From Callorhinchus milii (lineage: Eukaryota), in NCBI RefSeq assembly GCF_018977255.1, contig NW_024704749.1, positions 6,510,001 through 6,574,000 on the forward strand: 64,000 nucleotides of DNA, written 5' to 3'. Below, one piece after another: positions 37,860 through 50,379 of the stretch; positions within the stretch are counted from its first letter, which is position 1; every line of letters starts with the position of its first letter. The notes under the pieces were generated by a model that made no database searches, was not told where the DNA came from, and saw only the letters and a list, made by a program, of their open reading frames with translations. The position numbers and the translations under genes are program-made.

Positions 37860-38215
37860 GTGAGACTCGCTAGAGCATTTGACTCACAAGAGGTCCTGGG
37901 TTCAATGCCCGGGTGGGGGTGAAACTTTAGGCAAGTGTCCTTACTTCACGCGCCTCTGTTTATCTAGCAGTCAGTAGGAACGCCATTGTTAGTCAATTGG
38001 CAGATCGCTTTCCATGGGTAATAATTCACTGAAAAAATAACAATAATTTGGTCACTCAATCCACAACTGTGCGTGGGACACTGCTGCACACAATTGGCTG
38101 CCTTATTTCATCCACAAGATATAGTCAATTCACTTTACAGTATATTCTATGAAGCGCTTTGAGGTGTCTCAACGACATGATAAGGCGCTATATCAAATTC
38201 AAGGTTTATTATATG
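37860..38215 (+). mobile_element. tRNA-derived SINE, long subfamily
   Basis: B box GGGTTCAATGCC, internal CTGTTTATCTAGCAGTCAGTAGGAAC segment, shared tail. Confidence 0.85.
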
Positions 38216-39023
38216 ATTATAACTTACCTAACAAGAGTTTGTGGGCGGATAGCCCAGTTAAAATGGAATCGTTTAAAGGGTGTGTAGGTTGTGTGGGTGG
38301 CCTCCAGAACATACCTGACATTGTGTAACAAGTCAATGGCCGAATAGCTTCCAAATACACTCCTGAAGAGGAATGTATTTGACCTGCAATCATCTGGTAA
38401 ACTGCGGAACAGGCTCGCTCTGGCAAATGGACTCCTCCTATTACAATGTACTTTAAAGATGTTCTCTTTTCAATTTAATTGAGGGATGGGGAGGGGGCTT
38501 GAAAGACATTTGTCACCTGTTGACATAATCATTTTTCATAGGTGTGATAAATGGTCAGATACCTTCCCCATCAGTCCTTTCCACACATCCAAACCCTTTA
38601 AACCAAATACATTAGTGGTAGTGTATTATCCTTGAGAGAATAGAAAAGGGGGAATGGAGCATTACAACGACTAGATTGGGATTAGTTTATTAACTCTTTG
38701 TGTGTGTGTGTGTGTGTAATGTACGCATGAACGTATTTATTAATCATGATTCATTGTCAGACGTCATTAATTGTTGGCTTGGAGATCAGACGGGTTCTCA
38801 CAAAAGGAGGAATTGCAAGCATTGTTCGTCCACCAAGTGTCCATTGACTTTAGCACATCACAGACAGGAAACTTGGGGAAACATCATTATTTCCGTTGCA
38901 GATGGCTTACGTTTGACTGATGGCGAATACGAGAGGAAACAAAACACAAGCCCCTTGGCCCTCACTCGGAACACAGGCTAGAAAGAACACAAGGAAACCA
39001 CTAGGAAAGAGTTTTAAACAGAA

Positions 39024-42000
39024 TCACTGTAAAGGGGAGATCTTCAGTGGGATCATAATCCTCGATTCCATGTATCGAATCAATGGAACTGTGATGAAAG
39101 AAAGAAACAAACTTTAAGATTTTCGCAGCATCATGGTTTTACTTGATAATCCCATAATGTCTCCTTCCTCTTCCCTCAAACCAGTTTTGCTTCTTATTCA
39201 TTTCACTGGGGTGTGGCTACATACACACACACAATAGACACACACACACACACACACGCAGACAGTCTCACAATAGATGCACACAGACTAATTCATAATA
39301 GAAACACATATACACACTAAGACTTTTTCACAGACACACCCACACACAAACACAGAGACTTTCTCTCACACACGTGCACATACATAATAGACAAACAATA
39401 CAGAATAGACAAACATACGCGCACACACACACACACACAAACACAGAGACTTTCTCTCACACACACACACACACACAAAACCACCAATGCTCAACGCTCA
39501 TTTTGCAGGCTTTCGAGTAAAGGCAAGTGACCGGTTCAAAGGGACGGAAGCATTGTACAAATGGAGGCTGAAGTCTAATTTGCGATCTGTTGCAGTGCAT
39601 GGCAGACCTTGAGCAGACCCATAGTTTGTGTGATTATATGGGGCACAGTACAGAAATCAGGATGAACTCTCGACCGTGATTCATGTTTGGTCATTATGGC
39701 TGTTTCCTGATGAAACAAGTTACCAAGAATCACAAAGCAATGGGATCAATGCCATGAATACAACTGAAGATTAGTGGAGGTATTATCTGAACGGTGTGAA
39801 TAACAAACACACAATAACTATCTATCTGACGCTTAACTGTCAAATAGCAAATATCTTAGAAGCCCATTATGCTGTTGCAGTTAAAAGTATTGCTACAGAT
39901 TAAATAAGATATCAAAGTGCAATGCTCCCAGTAAGCTACATTAACAGGCTATAAATCTTCTGCTCCCTAGTTTATCGTATTGATTCAGAGATACACATTT
40001 ACAGGTAACCTTACGAATACACAAACAAATGGTCTCTGCTACCCATCAGTGGATGCTAAGTTTCTCCATCAGTGCTCGTGGTTTAGGGTCTCATCCTGTC
40101 CTTAAACCTCGGCGTTAAATCGAGGTCCCGTCTGCCTGTTCAGGTGGACGTTAAAGATTCCCCGTGGCACTATTCGAAAAGCAAGGGAGTTTCTCTCTCC
40201 TGGTGTCCTGGCCAACAATCCCCTGAATAAAATTGATCACTCACTCACTCCATGGCTTGTTTGTGGCGCATTGCTGTGCCGCGTTTTGCTCACAAAATAC
40301 CCAGTCACTCCACTTTACATTGTAAACCGTGAAGCACTTTGAGATGTCCCAATGACGTGCTAAGGCGCTTTATCAAATCCAAGGATTATTATATTGGACA
40401 GTGAGTATTGTCAGGCTGTGTCCGACAGGGACTTATCCGACTTATCCCAAAACATCCGGTCAATTCATTTTGCAGTATATTCTGTGAAGCTCTTTGAGAC
40501 GTCTCGAAGACGTGATAACAAAGCGTGATACAGGTGGAGTCCTGTAGCTCAGTGGTTAGAGCACTCGCTTTGCAAGCGAGAGACCTGAGTTCAATTCCAG
40601 ACAGGGCGAAACCTTGGGCAAGTTTCCATACTCCACACAGAGCCTAATAATAATCCCTCCAAAAAAAACAATAATAAATTGATCATTTTCAATCTACGAC
40701 TGTTTGTGGAACACTGCTGTGTGCAATTGGCTGCTGCGTTCACCCACAAATATAGTCAATTCACTTTACAGTATATTCTGTGAAGCGCTTTCGGACATTT
40801 AGAGGACATGAAAAGCGCTATATCAAATGCAAGGATTATTATTATTATTATGATAAGGTGCTATATCAAATGCAAGGATTATTACTATTATTCTCCCCCA
40901 TTCCTTAGCTAAGTGACAGTGATAGGAGCGGAGGGGTGTGACAGGAGAAAAAAAAAGACACTGTCCCATTGATAATCCAACTGAAATCACTCCACTTTAC
41001 AGATCTGAAACCACACACATACACAAACTGGTGTGTGAAACCCTCTTACACAGAAGGCCAAACAACTGCAGGCTGTGTAGTGAGATATTAGGGTGATGTG
41101 TGTTCTTACTGAGGCTCTTATACTGTAGATGGTCTGACGGCAGATTGTGGAAGGGTTACCTGTGTAATAGACACATTCGTCCCACCCGGATTTTTGCCAA
41201 GCGGAATTTCGTGTTTCATCCCTGGATTGCAGATCTCGGTAAGCTACAATTGAAATAAGAAATAAAAGCCAACATTTTAACTCACACAGAATCAAAGCGA
41301 TGAAACAGCCCATCTGGCCCATTTACTCCATGCTGGTGTTTATATTGCTCATGAACCTCCACCTCTCCTATTCCCTTCTGCTTACTTGTCTCTCCTATTA
41401 CCCCTCAAAGCGCTACCCACTTGAAGGGCGCTATGCAAGTGCAAGTTGTTGCTGTTGTCCCTTCTCCCTCTTGTACACATTGAGTCTCCTGTGTCAACTG
41501 CTTGGCGTTTTTCCCACAAAATATACAGTCGATTCTATTTACAGTATATTCTGTGTTGCGCTTTGAGATGTCTCAAAGACGTGATAAGACGCTATAACCA
41601 ATGCAAGATTATTAATATTATTATTATTGATGCTTTCTGCCTCAACCACAGTTTGGGGATGTGAGACCCACGTTTGCACCGCCATCTGCATGAAGAAATT
41701 TCGCTTTCGGATCTGCTAGACGTAAGTTTATATTTACTCTCTCCTCATTTGGCCTCATCAACAAGTGAAGCAATCTATGTTATTTCCAACCCTTTCCTAA
41801 TTTAAGCACCTCTCCTGGGGACAATCAAACATTAACAGCTAAACACAGTAATGCACCCTTTTCCTCTCCCCAACCCCACATTTCCCGATATAACGCAGCA
41901 ATGAAGAGACAGCGATTTTAACTGTTTGCCCTCTACTCGGCCTGGCTCACGGCAAGACAAACATTTGCTACCTTGATTCCACCAAACGCAACATCCCCAC

Positions 42001-45000
42001 TTACCCCACAGGTGATGCACCACGTAGAGGTTTCCGATCTGTGAGAAAAATCCACCTACAGCCTCATTGTTTTCCTGACGGAAGCGAATAGCTCGAGCCC
42101 TGAGGACAATTGTACAACATTAACCACCACAGACTACACCTTATCTACATAATTTCCTGAACTAGGAGACTCCGCAGTATTCCAGGGCACTGCTGCTGAC
42201 ATCGGCAGGACTTGGAAGGGCAGACCAATGACTGGGTCAATCTCCTACCCTCTACGTGAAATAGTTCCTCCTAAATTCTCTTTTAGCTCCCCTTCGTCGC
42301 TATCTTGTACCTGTGTCAACTGCTTACAGATTCCCCGACAAGTGGGAACAGCCTATTGATGACATTTGAAGCATCCTGGGTGCATTATTCTTGATATAGG
42401 AATGATGCATCATCAGAAGATGTTCATAAGCCTCACTTGTTGTGTTAATGTGATCATTCAAGCCACACTGCTGTGCTCAATTGTCTGCCCTGTTTCACCC
42501 ACAAAATACACATTTAATTCACTTCACAATAGATTCTGCGAAGCGCTTTGAGACGTCTCAACGACATGATAAGGCGCTATATCAAATGCAAGGACTGTTA
42601 TTATTATTATTATTATTAATTGCAAACGTCATGAATTACGGGGAGATTTATGAATGGCAAATCACCAGTTCCAAGCAGGCAAAGTTCAAATAAAGGATGC
42701 CAAGGATTTCGCAAACCACGATATTTTGCAAAACAAAAGTCACAATTAATGCAAAAAACCTGTGTGCAAATATTGCATTATATAATAAATTGCGCACTTC
42801 ATTGATCAAAATAATCATTGCATTGTTGAACGCAGGTCTCTCCTTGGCTCTAGGCTACTGTGCAAGGGATGGGGCAGTGGGTGAGAAAGTAGACGGGATC
42901 AAATCAGTCACCGAGGCCACACGAGTGCAGGAGGTTTGGGAAGCGTTAAAAAAAATTGTGCTTACAAGAGAGAAAAAAAGAGCACAGCCGTCCCAGAGAG
43001 AGCAAGATCCAGTTTCTGAATGGAAAGGAATGCCTTGGTACCAAAGGTTGTGTTGACAGAAGGGTCAATGGTTAACGCAAGCTTTTAGTGAGGTCGTAAT
43101 TACAAACAGGGATGCCTAAGTTTTGTGAAGTAAGCAGGTAAACGGGGCTACAAGGCATGACGCTGTGTTAAGTAGTCACGCGCTCCTTCCTTTCCCCAGC
43201 CTGTGTTTATACTGCACTCACTGGCAAGATCTAATAATAATAATAATAATCCTTGCCCTTGACACAGCACCTTATCACGTTGTCGAGATGTCTCAATACG
43301 CTTCACAGAAAGTGAATTGAATGGGTATTTTGTGGGCGAAACGCAGCAGCGTCCCCCGAACAGTTGTCCTGTAGGATTCTATGGTTCTATGAAATGCAAA
43401 GCTAGGCTCCCCTTATCACTGCTAATGTGAATGCTGATAAACACACTCAATCACTCACCAAGGGAAGAAACTCCTAAGATGTTTCTTATCAAAAGCAATG
43501 TAACTGTTGCCAAATTCTGCCCCTCCTTTGCCCCCATCTCAGGTTAACAGGCATAAACACGGAAAATCACATCTGCAGCTAATTACTTACCAGTTATTGC
43601 CCCATTCAATCATGGTCCCCGGCTGGAAAGAGTTAAAAATATGCACATGTTGGCATGGCTAGTTTTACAATAAATGCAGCGGTTGAGGTTAGCTAGATTA
43701 GTCCTAGCACCACAGAGCTAGGGCTTGGGACTCTTGTTAACAAACGCTTCAGACCGTAACAGTATTGAGTTTCTCGGGTTTGTTACCTTTAAGTAATATG
43801 TTCTGAGTTCATAAATGTTAGGACCCGCTCTAGGCAGAGGTTCGTTCCAGAAGCTGAACTCCAGGAGGATCTCGTTTTTCCGAGACACTAGCATCTTGCT
43901 CCTCTCCCTACGGAATTCCAAGTATTCCTGCCAAGAGAGAAATCCCTCTTTCAGAGTTCCCGTCGTCGCTTCGGGTAATCAAAGGCCCTCCGGGAAAACA
44001 AACGCAGCAACTAGCAAGCAACGGTAAAGGAACACACAAGAACCTTTTGCGTACAAACTGGTGCCCGGTATTGTCAGGCTATTTCCTATTCAATTGTAGT
44101 CTTTACACTGATGTGTCTGTCCTGCAGTGACAGAGGTTAATGTGTGTCAGTGGTATATCTCAGTGGGTAGCACTCTCGCCTCCAAGTCAGAAGGTTGTAG
44201 GTTCAAGTCCCCACGTCAGGACTTGGAATCACATAGTCTAAGTTGACACTCCAATGCAGCGCTGGGCGGTGTTTTGCATTGTCGGAGGTGCCGTCCTTCG
44301 GATGAGACGTTAAGCCGAGGTCCCATCCACCAGTTCAGGTGGATGTTAAAGATCACATGGTGCTATTTCAAAAGGGTTTCTGTGGCTGTTTGCAGTACAC
44401 TGCTGTCCGCAATTGGCTTCCGCTTTTCGTCCACAAAATACAGTCAATCCACTTTACAGTATATCCTGTGAAGCGCTTTCAGACGTCTCAATGACGTGAT
44501 AAGGCACTGTATCAAATGCAAGGATTGTTATTTTTAATAAGCAGTATCAGTTCACCTCTAGCTGAGGGAATGGTGCTTTGCTCTGGCAGAGGGATCCAAA
44601 ACCCAAAGGGGATGTGCTTGTAAAATGCCAGCTGAGCTGGTTAGCGGGGAAATCAGGGAACATTCTGCCACACAGAGTGGGCGGTGAGATCTTAGAAAGG
44701 ACGTTTACAAAAAGAGATGGATAGATATTTTGAGACAAGATTGGGAAATGGGATTGAAAGATTTGATGTGGAATAACTAACTGACTGAACAGCCTCCCCC
44801 TGTTATTGTGTTAAGTCAAGAAGAACTTTTTTTTGATGCTTCATCAAAACCATCCTATTGTCTACTCCATTTATAGGGTTCCATTAACACTGGGAACTTG
44901 GTCGCTTGATAACTGTCCATCTAAGTGTTACTGTCTGCAGCTGGTCAAAGAGCAAGGGATCCACCTTGTTACCTTGTTTTGCTTTAACTTCTCCATAACA

Positions 45001-47328
45001 TCCGTCAAAGCCGCGTAGCCACCAGAAAAACGCCACAAGTGCACTGCACAGAATGAAAGAATGCAGATCCACTGAGCGGACAAACCATAGTCTGACTGTG
45101 TCACAGAACAATGCTTGTTATCTGGGGAGAAATTTCACCTGGGTCTGGATCGACTCTACAAGGTTGAGAGTTCAAGCCACACGTCCGGACTTAGAACTCA
45201 TGTGGTCTATGCTGAAACTCCAACTGAGGGGTGGGGTGGCGGGGAGTCTGCTGCATTGTGAGGCGGTAAGCCAAGGTCCCATCTGTGCTTGTTCAGGTGG
45301 ACATTAAGGATCCCATTGCACTATTTGGAAAGAGAAGGGAGTTTCTCCCAGTGTCCTAGCTGATAACCACCCCCACCACATCCCGATACAATTGGTCACT
45401 CACTTCAAGGTTGTTTGTGGGACGTTGCTCTCTGCACATTGCCTGCCTCGTTTGCCCATGACACACACACTCACTACACCTCACAGTACATACTGATAGC
45501 CTGTGAAGTGCTTTACGATGTCTTGCCTACGTGAAAGGCGCTAATCAACTGTAAGGATTATTATTATTAATACAAAGTGCCCAGAATTTTGGCAAGTTCT
45601 TAAATAAAGTCTGGGTTTCGAAGACAATCTTCTTTTTGAGAAAACCGTCTTCCATGTTAAGACTCAATGATAATTTTCAAAAGGAATTGGATGTATACTA
45701 GAAAAGAAAAAAATTTCAGGGCTGTGGGGAAAGCGCGAGGATGTAATTGGATAGCCTCCTTCTGCAGTGTAAGATTCTATGATTCTAATATTTTGCTAAA
45801 TCACACTGAAAATATTTGTCAAATGGGAATCAATCTAGACCCGACAGTTGTTATTTCTCAGACTGAAAGGTCTTAAATGCTCAGAGTCTCACACTCACCC
45901 GTTTGGTCCTGTTCTCCATACCATGTGTTCCAACTCCCGACGATCTCACACGGGTAGTCCGGATCATTGTGTAGGTTTTGCAATATCTGTTCCCTGCGAC
46001 CAACAAGGAATGATCATCAGTTACCCAAAAGCAATCCAGCCTGCAATCCAGGCAATGGCTCACACACAGCCTCAGTGCTTAGTACAGCCAGAGGAAATTC
46101 AATCGCATTAAGAGAGTTTTGCATTGAATTACATGGAATGATGCAAAACCGGAATTGTTTAAAAAAACAATAAAGATCACACTTACGATAAACCGTTGTA
46201 TGCATCCATACATTCTGGTTTCACATTGTGAACTGAAAACAAAGGACGAGTCTTAAACTATTGATCAACTTATCCCTGCATTTGATACAGCGCCTTATCA
46301 CGTTGTTTATATGATTAACTATAAAGGGTGTATTTTGTGGGGGCGAAACAATAATAACATTTGACACAGCGCCTTTCACATCGCGAGACAAACTCCCTTC
46401 TCTTCTCGAATACATCTTTAACGTTCACATGAACAGACACAGACCCCGGGATCCTGGTTTAATGTCTCATCCCGATGGATGGTACCTTGATCAACTCAGG
46501 CCTTCATCAACCTGCATTAAGACCTGATTAAAGTTCGATTGGACTTCAAGTTTGTACTCACACTGCATTTTGTACAAGTTACTGATCTCTTTCTTGGAGA
46601 GGAGATTTGAATGAGCGTCTTTTCTCGGATCCACTTTGTGAACGAATAACGATCGAAACCATCCTTTTTCCTTGTGCTCGTCTTTACTATAAGCCCTTCA
46701 AAACAAAACACACACATACATACACAACATCCAACTTTCACACACAATTTTTTTTGGGGGCAGACGAGTGTTTGGCACATGCGGAAACCCATCAACCACA
46801 CTTAAAGGGTATCCAAACCAAACCGAGAATTCCAGGCATAGTAATAACAATAAATCTTGTATTTGATAGAGCACCTTATCACATCTTTTGAGACGTCTCA
46901 AAGCGCTTCGCAGAATATATTGTAGAGCGGATTGACTGTCAGAGCAGTCCCACAAACAGTTGTGGATTGAGCGATGACTTTTTCTTCCCTGGGAGGGATT
47001 ATTACCCCCAGAGAGCAATCCACCAATTGACTAACTTTTGATAGCTCAGGGCATTTAGACATTATTATCATCAGTAGCACAGCTGCTAAATTTGGCAATT
47101 CTGACAGTATTCATAGGGAGGCATTCATCCCAAAGGGAGAAGTGAGGGGAACAGAGTGACTTTCAGTTTTGCTTTTTTTGACAAGAGGTGAGGAATTTGC
47201 AAAGCAATAAAGGAAATGGGGGGGGGGGGGATTGCAAACTGCAAACGATTCTCAACCCTTGGATTGGTGTCAGCAGCTAACGAGAGCCCTGAGGGTGTGG
47301 GGGAGCAAAGGGGTGAGAGAGAGAGACA

Positions 47329-47362
<34 letters not shown>

Positions 47363-47943
47363 AAGAGTGCATTTCAACCTGGTCAGAAAGTTAGTGTGTG
47401 TGTGTGTGTGTGTGTGGAGTGGTAGAGCTTTATGGAAAAAACAACAACATTACATTGGGTTGAATTGCAAACGTATCAACGCAGAATCACACCCCTTGTG
47501 GACCACTTTCTGACCATTTCGATACACATTTTTCTGTCGAAAAAAAAACATTTTGCACACAATACACACCCCCCCACCCACATCCCCACATACCCCCCCA
47601 CAAAAAAAAGTATCTTCACGTCATATACATTTGGGGGGAAAAAAAAAAGGATCGCGATGTTAGAAATGCAATGAAGAAGTTTAAATCACTCCCTTTCGGT
47701 CAGTGGATGTGGTATTCCTCTCTCTCTCTCTCTCTCTGGTCTGTGCACCACCACCACCACCACCTGAAGAACAGGTGTGTGGAGCTGCAACTCAAGCGAA
47801 AGGGCAGCGACTGCGCATTTTTGTTTCTTCTTTTTTTTTCGGAGGGGGTTCTCTTTCTCTGCCCTTTACCTGATGCACATCCTCCAACATGGCTTGAACA
47901 CTCCCGAAGATTTCCACGAACCAAGAGGCCAGATCGCCGCCAT
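39024..47943 (-). CDS. NIPSNAP1: Protein NipSnap homolog 1; exons 47870-47943, 46562-46695, 46187-46232, 45899-45993, 44973-45043, 43787-43927, 43591-43622, 42005-42099, 41160-41243, 39024-39088 (278 aa)
   Basis: [68 protein letters not shown] and C-terminal [10 protein letters not shown]. All GT-AG with phases consistent (837 nt). Head-to-head with NF2 as in human. AATAAA on minus strand near 38690 and 38740. Confidence 0.95.
39220..39480. repeat. (CA)n-rich compound microsatellite
   Basis: CA runs with CACACAAACACAGAGACTTT repeated. Confidence 0.8.
40534..40850 (+). mobile_element. tRNA-derived SINE, short subfamily, nested in an older SINE tail
   Basis: Host tail breaks at GACGTGATAA (about 40518) and resumes TGATAAGGTGCTATATCAAATGCAAGG at 40851. 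Confidence 0.9.
44150..44532 (+). mobile_element. Full-length Deu-domain SINE (SacSINE1/AmnSINE-like superfamily)
   Basis: Pol III head (GGTTCAAGTCC B box), core GGAGGTGCCGTCCTTCGGATGAGACGTTAAGCCGAGG...CAGGTGGATGTTAAAGATC recalled as the Deu domain, same L2-type tail as the other SINEs. Confidence 0.8.
46748..46835 (-). repeat. Unclassified interspersed repeat, partial copy 3
   Basis: T-run...CCATCA...CTTAAAGGGTATCCAAACCAAACCGAGAATTCCA matches 22132-22215. Confidence 0.75.
47312..47416. repeat. (GA)n and (GT)n microsatellites
   Basis: Directly visible. Further (GT)(CT) runs at 48072-48240, (GAT)n at 48320-48366 and (CA)/(CG) at 48614-48688. Confidence 0.9.
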
Positions 47944-48389
47944 CTTCTTGTTTTGCTGAGGTTTTTGTGTGGGGGGGGGGGGGGGGGTGGGGGGGGTGTG
48001 TGTGTGGGGGTGGGGTGTGTGTGTGGGGGTGTGGGGGGTGGGTGCAAAAAAAAAGGTTGATGTGTGAGATCGTGTGTGTGTGTGTGTGTGTGTGTGTCTC
48101 TCTCTCTCTCTCTCTCTCTGTGCCAAGAACGATAGGGGACGCGAGTGCTACATCATTTGCAAACACCAGAGCCTCTTCTTCTGCATTGGGAAATCTCTCT
48201 CTCTTTCTCTCTCTCTCTTTCTCTTCTCTCTCTCTTTTCTCCCTTTGCCACTCACGTTTCGTTCGTTTCATTTAAAGGGGACATTTGCAACCTCACCTTG
48301 AAATTGAAATGAGTTAGTAATGATGATGAGGATGAGGATGAGGATGAGGAGGAGGATGATGATGATAATAATGGGCATCATCATCACCG

Positions 48390-48560
48390 ATGAGCCTTGC
48401 GTTCGAGACGGCGCCTTCTCACCCGGTTTTTTTTGGACGCCTCGAAGCGCCTCGCGGAACAGGCTGCAAAGCGAACTGACTGCGCGCCTTGCGGGGCGAA
48501 ACGCGGCAGCCAATTTGCGTCCCGCGTGCAGTCCCGGATTGAGCGACCAAATTATTGTTA
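48390..48560 (-). mobile_element. SINE 3' half within the NIPSNAP1 upstream CpG-rich region
   Basis: Colinear with the SINE tail consensus (CCTTGC...GGCGAAACGCGGCAGCCAATT...GGATTGAGCGACCAAATT) but much richer in G+C. Confidence 0.8.
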
Positions 48561-50379
48561 TTGCAAAGGACTGTGCGTGGTGCTAATCAGTATTCCCCCA
48601 CCCCCCCCACCACCACACACACACACACACACACGCACACGCGCGCGCACGCGAGCGCACACACGCGAGCACACACGCGCGCGCACACAAATTGATTTCA
48701 GGTTTCAAGATCAAGAGCAGTGTCTGAAAACTGTTTGTTTATTCTTTGAATTTCTCTCCGTTTCTCTTTTTTTTTAAATTCAAAAGATAGCTTCCGTGAG
48801 CCGCCACGCTTTCAGTTTCGCGGCACGGAAAATACACAGTCGCTGCACTTTACACTTAAACTCCTGTGACTCGCTTTCAGATGTGCAGCAATAATAAAAC
48901 AAATACTTGCATTTGATTTAGCAAATTTCACGCCTTCTACACATCTCAAAGCGCTTCACAGAATAATATAAAGTGAATTTACTGTATATTTGTGGGTGAA
49001 CCGCAGCTGCCAGTGTAGGATTGGAAGGACTATTATTTATTGTAAGCTCATAGCAATTTTTTTTATCCTTATCAATATTTTTTGGACTGTTTGTCGAACA
49101 CTGCTGTGCGAAATCGGCTGCTGTGTTTCGCCTACAAAATACAGTCAATCCACTTTACAATGTGTTCTGGGAAGCGCTTTGAGACGTCGCTATATCAACT
49201 ATTATAATATTAGTGCTGTACACGTGCTTCGCCATTTGTACTGACAAAGTTTCCACAATTAAAATTCACCACAATTGGATATTTCGTTCTGATTAATATT
49301 CAACCCCACCGGAGGTTGCAACATCAGGAGCAATGAGGAAATTAGCGAAATGTGCTTAAGTGCGCCATCTCCTGGATTCCCATTGCACTAAACAGATACA
49401 GTTGTTTTTTGTATAAAAAAGCAAATTGCAAATCAATTCATTTTATCCATTAGGTGAAATGGAACCTATTTAGTTCTGTTAATGAATCGCTGCAGGAAGG
49501 TTGTTTCACATTAATTTTCTTAGCCGCGAGATGCCAAATCGCCATTTGCTTTGACAAAAAACGTGATGCTGAATAGTTTGGAATGACTAAAGCAAATTTC
49601 AGGGTGAGTTTATTTGATTCAGTTGCTTTCATTGAATTCTTTTTCCGATTGTTGTATTTATTGGGAACATACTTTTGTTATCAAACAACACAAAACCGTA
49701 ACTTTTCCAGGCTGCCAAATGTAGCATACTAATAATCTTTAAGACGTTGCAAATAACAATTATTATTATTGAACTTGGTATAGCACCTTTCATGTCAGAG
49801 GATGTCTCAAAGTGCTTCACAAGACATACTGTAAAGTGGAGTGACTGCGTATTTCGTGGGCGAACAAATCAATGAATGAGTCATGGTTATTCAACCCTTT
49901 CTTGACTTCCTTGACAGATAACCTTTGATTCCACTCCAGCTGCATGGAAGTTTCGGTGTCTCATTCACCTAAACCTTAAATATTCCTCAAAAGTTGTCCC
50001 CAAGTCGATATCCAGCTCTTCATTTTCACAATCAACTCAGTGTCAGCAGCTTAGTTGATAGCCTTTTCCAGCAGAAATTCTGCCGATTCACTGTCTGTTT
50101 CAAGTTATATTTAGAAAAGCATTAGGATGGCAGATTGGGGGGGGAGAGAACAAAAAAGTCACATGAGTACATTGAGCCAAGGGATTAAAGTTTATTGTTA
50201 GAAGCCACTTGACTCGACCTTTGCTCTACCCCTAATGCATTTTGTGGGTGAAATGCAGTAGCCAATGGCGCACAGACAGTGCACCAAATAGCATCGAGTA
50301 TCATCATTAATAATGATAATAATAATAATACTGTCATAAGAATGGAACAGGTGTTGGGTGCAAATTGGTAGAAATAAGG

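Noticed and set aside
42697-43056. 119-aa plus-strand ORF with a possible acceptor near 42835, antisense in a NIPSNAP1 intron
   Set aside because: No recognisable domain, partner exons or promoter; length compatible with chance.
46017-46090. TEAV... segment resembling the start of NIPSNAP1 exon 4
   Set aside because: Runs into a stop; the true exon 4 is 45899-45993.
47216-48777. Many overlapping ORFs rich in CV, ER, G, P and TH
   Set aside because: Products of microsatellites and G/C homopolymers; the same applies at 5500-7100, 15300-16400 and 35200-36300.
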